Assembly: GCA_963719315.1 (NCBI GenBank)
Contig: CAVRBU010000002.1
Location: forward strand, 1,984,001-2,048,000
Reading direction: 5' to 3'
Length of the DNA stretch: 64,000 nucleotides
Origin: an uncultured Planctomycetota bacterium
Lineage (GTDB): Bacteria > Planctomycetota > Planctomycetia > Pirellulales > Lacipirellulaceae
A model generated the notes under the pieces. That model did not search any database and had not been told where the DNA came from. It saw only the letters and a list, made by a program, of their open reading frames with translations. The position numbers and the translations under genes were made by a program. This document shows positions 61,938 through 64,000 of this stretch, one piece after another. Position 1 is the stretch's first letter. Every line of letters starts with the position of its first letter.

Positions 61938-63323
61938 ATGAGGGTCGAGGGTCTAGTGTCGAGGGTCGAGAGTCAGAAGCGAGCTGCCGCGCTGCGCTCG
62001 AACTCCGTCCCTCGACCCTCAACCCTCGCTCCTCGCCCCTCGCCCCTCGCCCCTCGCCCCTCGCCCCTCGACCCTCGACCCTCCCTCGGCATGACGTTGA
62101 TCGAGTTGCTGGTCGTCGTCGTGATCATCACGACGCTCGTGGCGGCGGCGATTCCGCTGATCTCGCCCTCGAACGACAGCCGCCGGCTCCGCGAAGCCGC
62201 GCGGGGATTGAATACGTTCATCAACGGGGCCCAATCGCGGGCGATCGGGTACCACCGGCCGTACGGCGTGGCGATCAAGAAGTTGCCGAATGAAAATGGC
62301 ATGAGCGTCGAGGCGTACTACGTCGAACAGCAGCCTCCCTACGCGGGGTTCGACGCCAACTCGCGGGCCTGCGTGGCGATTCACCCGACAGCAACGGGTC
62401 TCGTGCTGATCCGATTTCTGACGCGCGGAGGTAGTGCCGCGAACTTGCCCATGGGCTGGATCGCCGACTTGTTTCCCAGCAACACGATTCGCCCGGGCGA
62501 CGTGATCGAGATCAACGGAACGCAGTATGAGCTGCTAAACGACGCCAATTTGAGGAACATCGGGTTCGATTCCACGAACACGTACTTCGAATCGCTCAAT
62601 AACGGCCGGCCGCCGCAGATCGTGGCGCGGCCGCTGAACGATAGTGGACAGCAGATCAATCCCAGGTACGACGATCAGGGCATCGAGATCGGCACCGTGG
62701 TTCAGGCCCGGTCTCCGTATTGGACGCGACCGGCGCCGTACAAAATTTTGCGTCAACCGACGCCCGCTTCCGACCAGCCCTATCAGATGCCGGAGGGCAC
62801 GGGGATTGATCTGCGGGCATCGGGCGTGGGTCGCGATAATTACTTTTACGTGCCGGGTTTCAACGACAACAACGACGGCATCTTGATCATGTTCGCGCCG
62901 GAAGGCCGCATTTCGCGGGTTTCGTACAGCCAGCAGCCGGTTAACAACATCGACGGAACTACGGACCAGTCTCCGGCGTTCGACCAGCCGGTGGTGGATA
63001 ACGTGTACCTGCTAGTCGGCCGGCGCGACCGAACGCCGCCCGCCGTGGGGACCCCCGATCCGACGCTCATTTCGTCGACATTCACTCCGCCGAAAACCGA
63101 GGAGGAAATACAGAAATTGAAAGAGCCGATCAACTGGCTTAACGGCAGCAGCCAATGGATCGTGATCGGTGCGCAATCGGGCCGGATCGTCACGATTGAA
63201 AATGGCGTTGCTGATATAGCGGCTATCGCCGTAGGAGCCGGCAATCCAGAGGTCAAGCGTAACGAACAAATCTTCGCCGCCCGCGAATTTACGCGCGAAA
63301 TGGGACAAGTGGGGGGACGATGA
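61938..63323 (+). CDS. Large type IV prepilin-like protein 3
   Basis: LG|MTLIELLVVVVII motif; 51-aa repeat-derived leader; ATG immediately after the upstream stop. Confidence 0.88.
   Translation: MRVEGLVSRVESQKRAAALRSNSVPRPSTLAPRPSPLAPRPSPLDPRPSLGMTLIELLVVVVIITTLVAAAIPLISPSNDSRRLREAARGLNTFINGAQSRAIGYHRPYGVAIKKLPNENGMSVEAYYVEQQPPYAGFDANSRACVAIHPTATGLVLIRFLTRGGSAANLPMGWIADLFPSNTIRPGDVIEINGTQYELLNDANLRNIGFDSTNTYFESLNNGRPPQIVARPLNDSGQQINPRYDDQGIEIGTVVQARSPYWTRPAPYKILRQPTPASDQPYQMPEGTGIDLRASGVGRDNYFYVPGFNDNNDGILIMFAPEGRISRVSYSQQPVNNIDGTTDQSPAFDQPVVDNVYLLVGRRDRTPPAVGTPDPTLISSTFTPPKTEEEIQKLKEPINWLNGSSQWIVIGAQSGRIVTIENGVADIAAIAVGAGNPEVKRNEQIFAAREFTREMGQVGGR
61940..62083 (+). repeat. Heptamer arrays (GAGGGTC)x5 / (CCCTCGM)x10 in the prepilin 3 leader
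   Basis: Units at 61940-61974 and 62009-62078, mutually complementary. Confidence 0.9.
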
Positions 63324-63397
63324 GCTCTTAGCTCTTAGCTGTTAGCCGTTAGTCAGGCACCCTCCGGCTAATGGCTAACAGCTAAAAGCTAACGGCT
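63323..63397 (+). repeat. Heptamer-built ~32-bp hairpin (TTAGCYN)n / (GCTAAnn)n after prepilin 3
   Basis: AGCTCTTAGCTCTTAGCTGTTAGCCGTTAGTC - 11-nt loop - GGCTAATGGCTAACAGCTAAAAGCTAACGGCT. Confidence 0.85.
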
Positions 63398-63436
63398 TTA
63401 GAAAACACCAGGGGCACTGGTGATCGAAAGGTTTGA

Positions 63437-64000
63437 ATGATGTCAGTTGTCAGTTGTCAGTCGTCAGTTGTCAGTCGTGCATCCGAGCCACGGACCACGG
63501 ACCAAGGACCACGGTCCAACTCCTCGCCCCTCGCCCCTCTCCCCTCGCCCCTCTCCCCTCGCCCCTCTCCCCTCGCCCCTCGCCCCTCGCGCCTCGGCAT
63601 CTCCCTGACCGAGGTCCTGATCGCGATGGGGATCATGACGGTCGGGCTATTGGGCGTGGCGTCGGTCTTTCCGGTGGGCAGTTGGTACATGCAAAAGGCG
63701 AACATCGCCGATCAAAGTTCGGCGATCGCGCAAACGGTGATGAACGAGATCGTAACCACCGGAATGCTCAACCCGGGCGCGTGGTATGTGATGACGCCGG
63801 CGCCCATGAGCACGACGGTCACTACTTCACCGAATTTCCGGTTTATAACGATCGACGGCAAGTATTCGCCGCTGCGGTCGCCCGTACCGGGCACGTTTAC
63901 GCGTCCTTTCGCTGAATCACTCAGAGAAGGCTTGAAGATCAACGCGACGAATCCGAATCCAGTCGTGCTGGCCAAGCAATTTGGAAATGCATACGTGATT
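63437..64000 (+). CDS. Type IV prepilin-like protein 4 (PilV-like), truncated by the window end
   Basis: Read manually because it is not in the ORF track (no stop in window): MMSVVSCQ...SRLG|ISLTEVLIAMGIMTVGLLGVASVFPVG. 54-aa leader; GAAAGG upstream. Confidence 0.85.
   Translation, partial: MMSVVSCQSSVVSRASEPRTTDQGPRSNSSPLAPLPSPLSPRPSPLAPRPSRLGISLTEVLIAMGIMTVGLLGVASVFPVGSWYMQKANIADQSSAIAQTVMNEIVTTGMLNPGAWYVMTPAPMSTTVTTSPNFRFITIDGKYSPLRSPVPGTFTRPFAESLREGLKINATNPNPVVLAKQFGNAYVI
63441..63590 (+). repeat. Three consecutive heptamer arrays in the prepilin 4 leader: (YGTCAGT)x5, (CCACGGA)x4, (CCCTCKC)x10
   Basis: Units at 63441-63475, 63488-63515 and 63521-63590. Confidence 0.9.

Noticed and set aside
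59564..63590. Repeat arrays considered as a CRISPR array or DGR template/variable repeats
   Set aside because: Units are 7 bp and tandem with no unique spacers. No cas gene, reverse transcriptase, or adenine-variable long repeat pair was seen.
63433..63915. 160-aa ORF in the supplied track
   Set aside because: Wrong frame. The prepilin motif G|ISLTEVL is in the frame starting at ATG 63437, which stays open to the window end.

Overview
This is a GC-rich, gene-dense bacterial chromosomal segment, almost certainly from Planctomycetota (Pirellulales, Lacipirellulaceae-like). The assignment rests on a DUF1559 prepilin-like protein, the planctomycete RRLxxExLExRxLL signal, and PEP-CTERM proteins with dockerin-like EF-hands. 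Housekeeping genes include bamD-like, lptE, folP, proA, fliM, cstA, trxB, uppP, moeA, trpG/pabA, lepA, a phosphohexomutase and a short uvrC. Accessory blocks are an MscK/SLC12/GNAT-nitrilase group, a ppx-pit-DUF47 phosphate group, an arsR-aquaporin-arsC-arsM operon, an ECF sigma pair and a DUF6883-DUF4926 pair. A type IV pilus cluster (pilB-pilT-pilB-pilC plus four large prepilin genes) runs off the right end. The most unusual signal is that all four prepilin leader peptides are partly or largely encoded by tandem 7-bp repeats ending just before the cleavage-site codon. In three of the four, a complementary heptamer arm upstream could fold the translation start region into an mRNA stem-loop. 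This suggests a repeat-based phase-variation or translational-control system (inference). Similar heptamer and 9-10-mer arrays and REP-like palindromes sit at many other gene junctions. About eight apparent single-base frameshifts suggest consensus indel errors, so split or fused genes should be treated cautiously. No rRNA, tRNA, CRISPR array or transposase was recognised.
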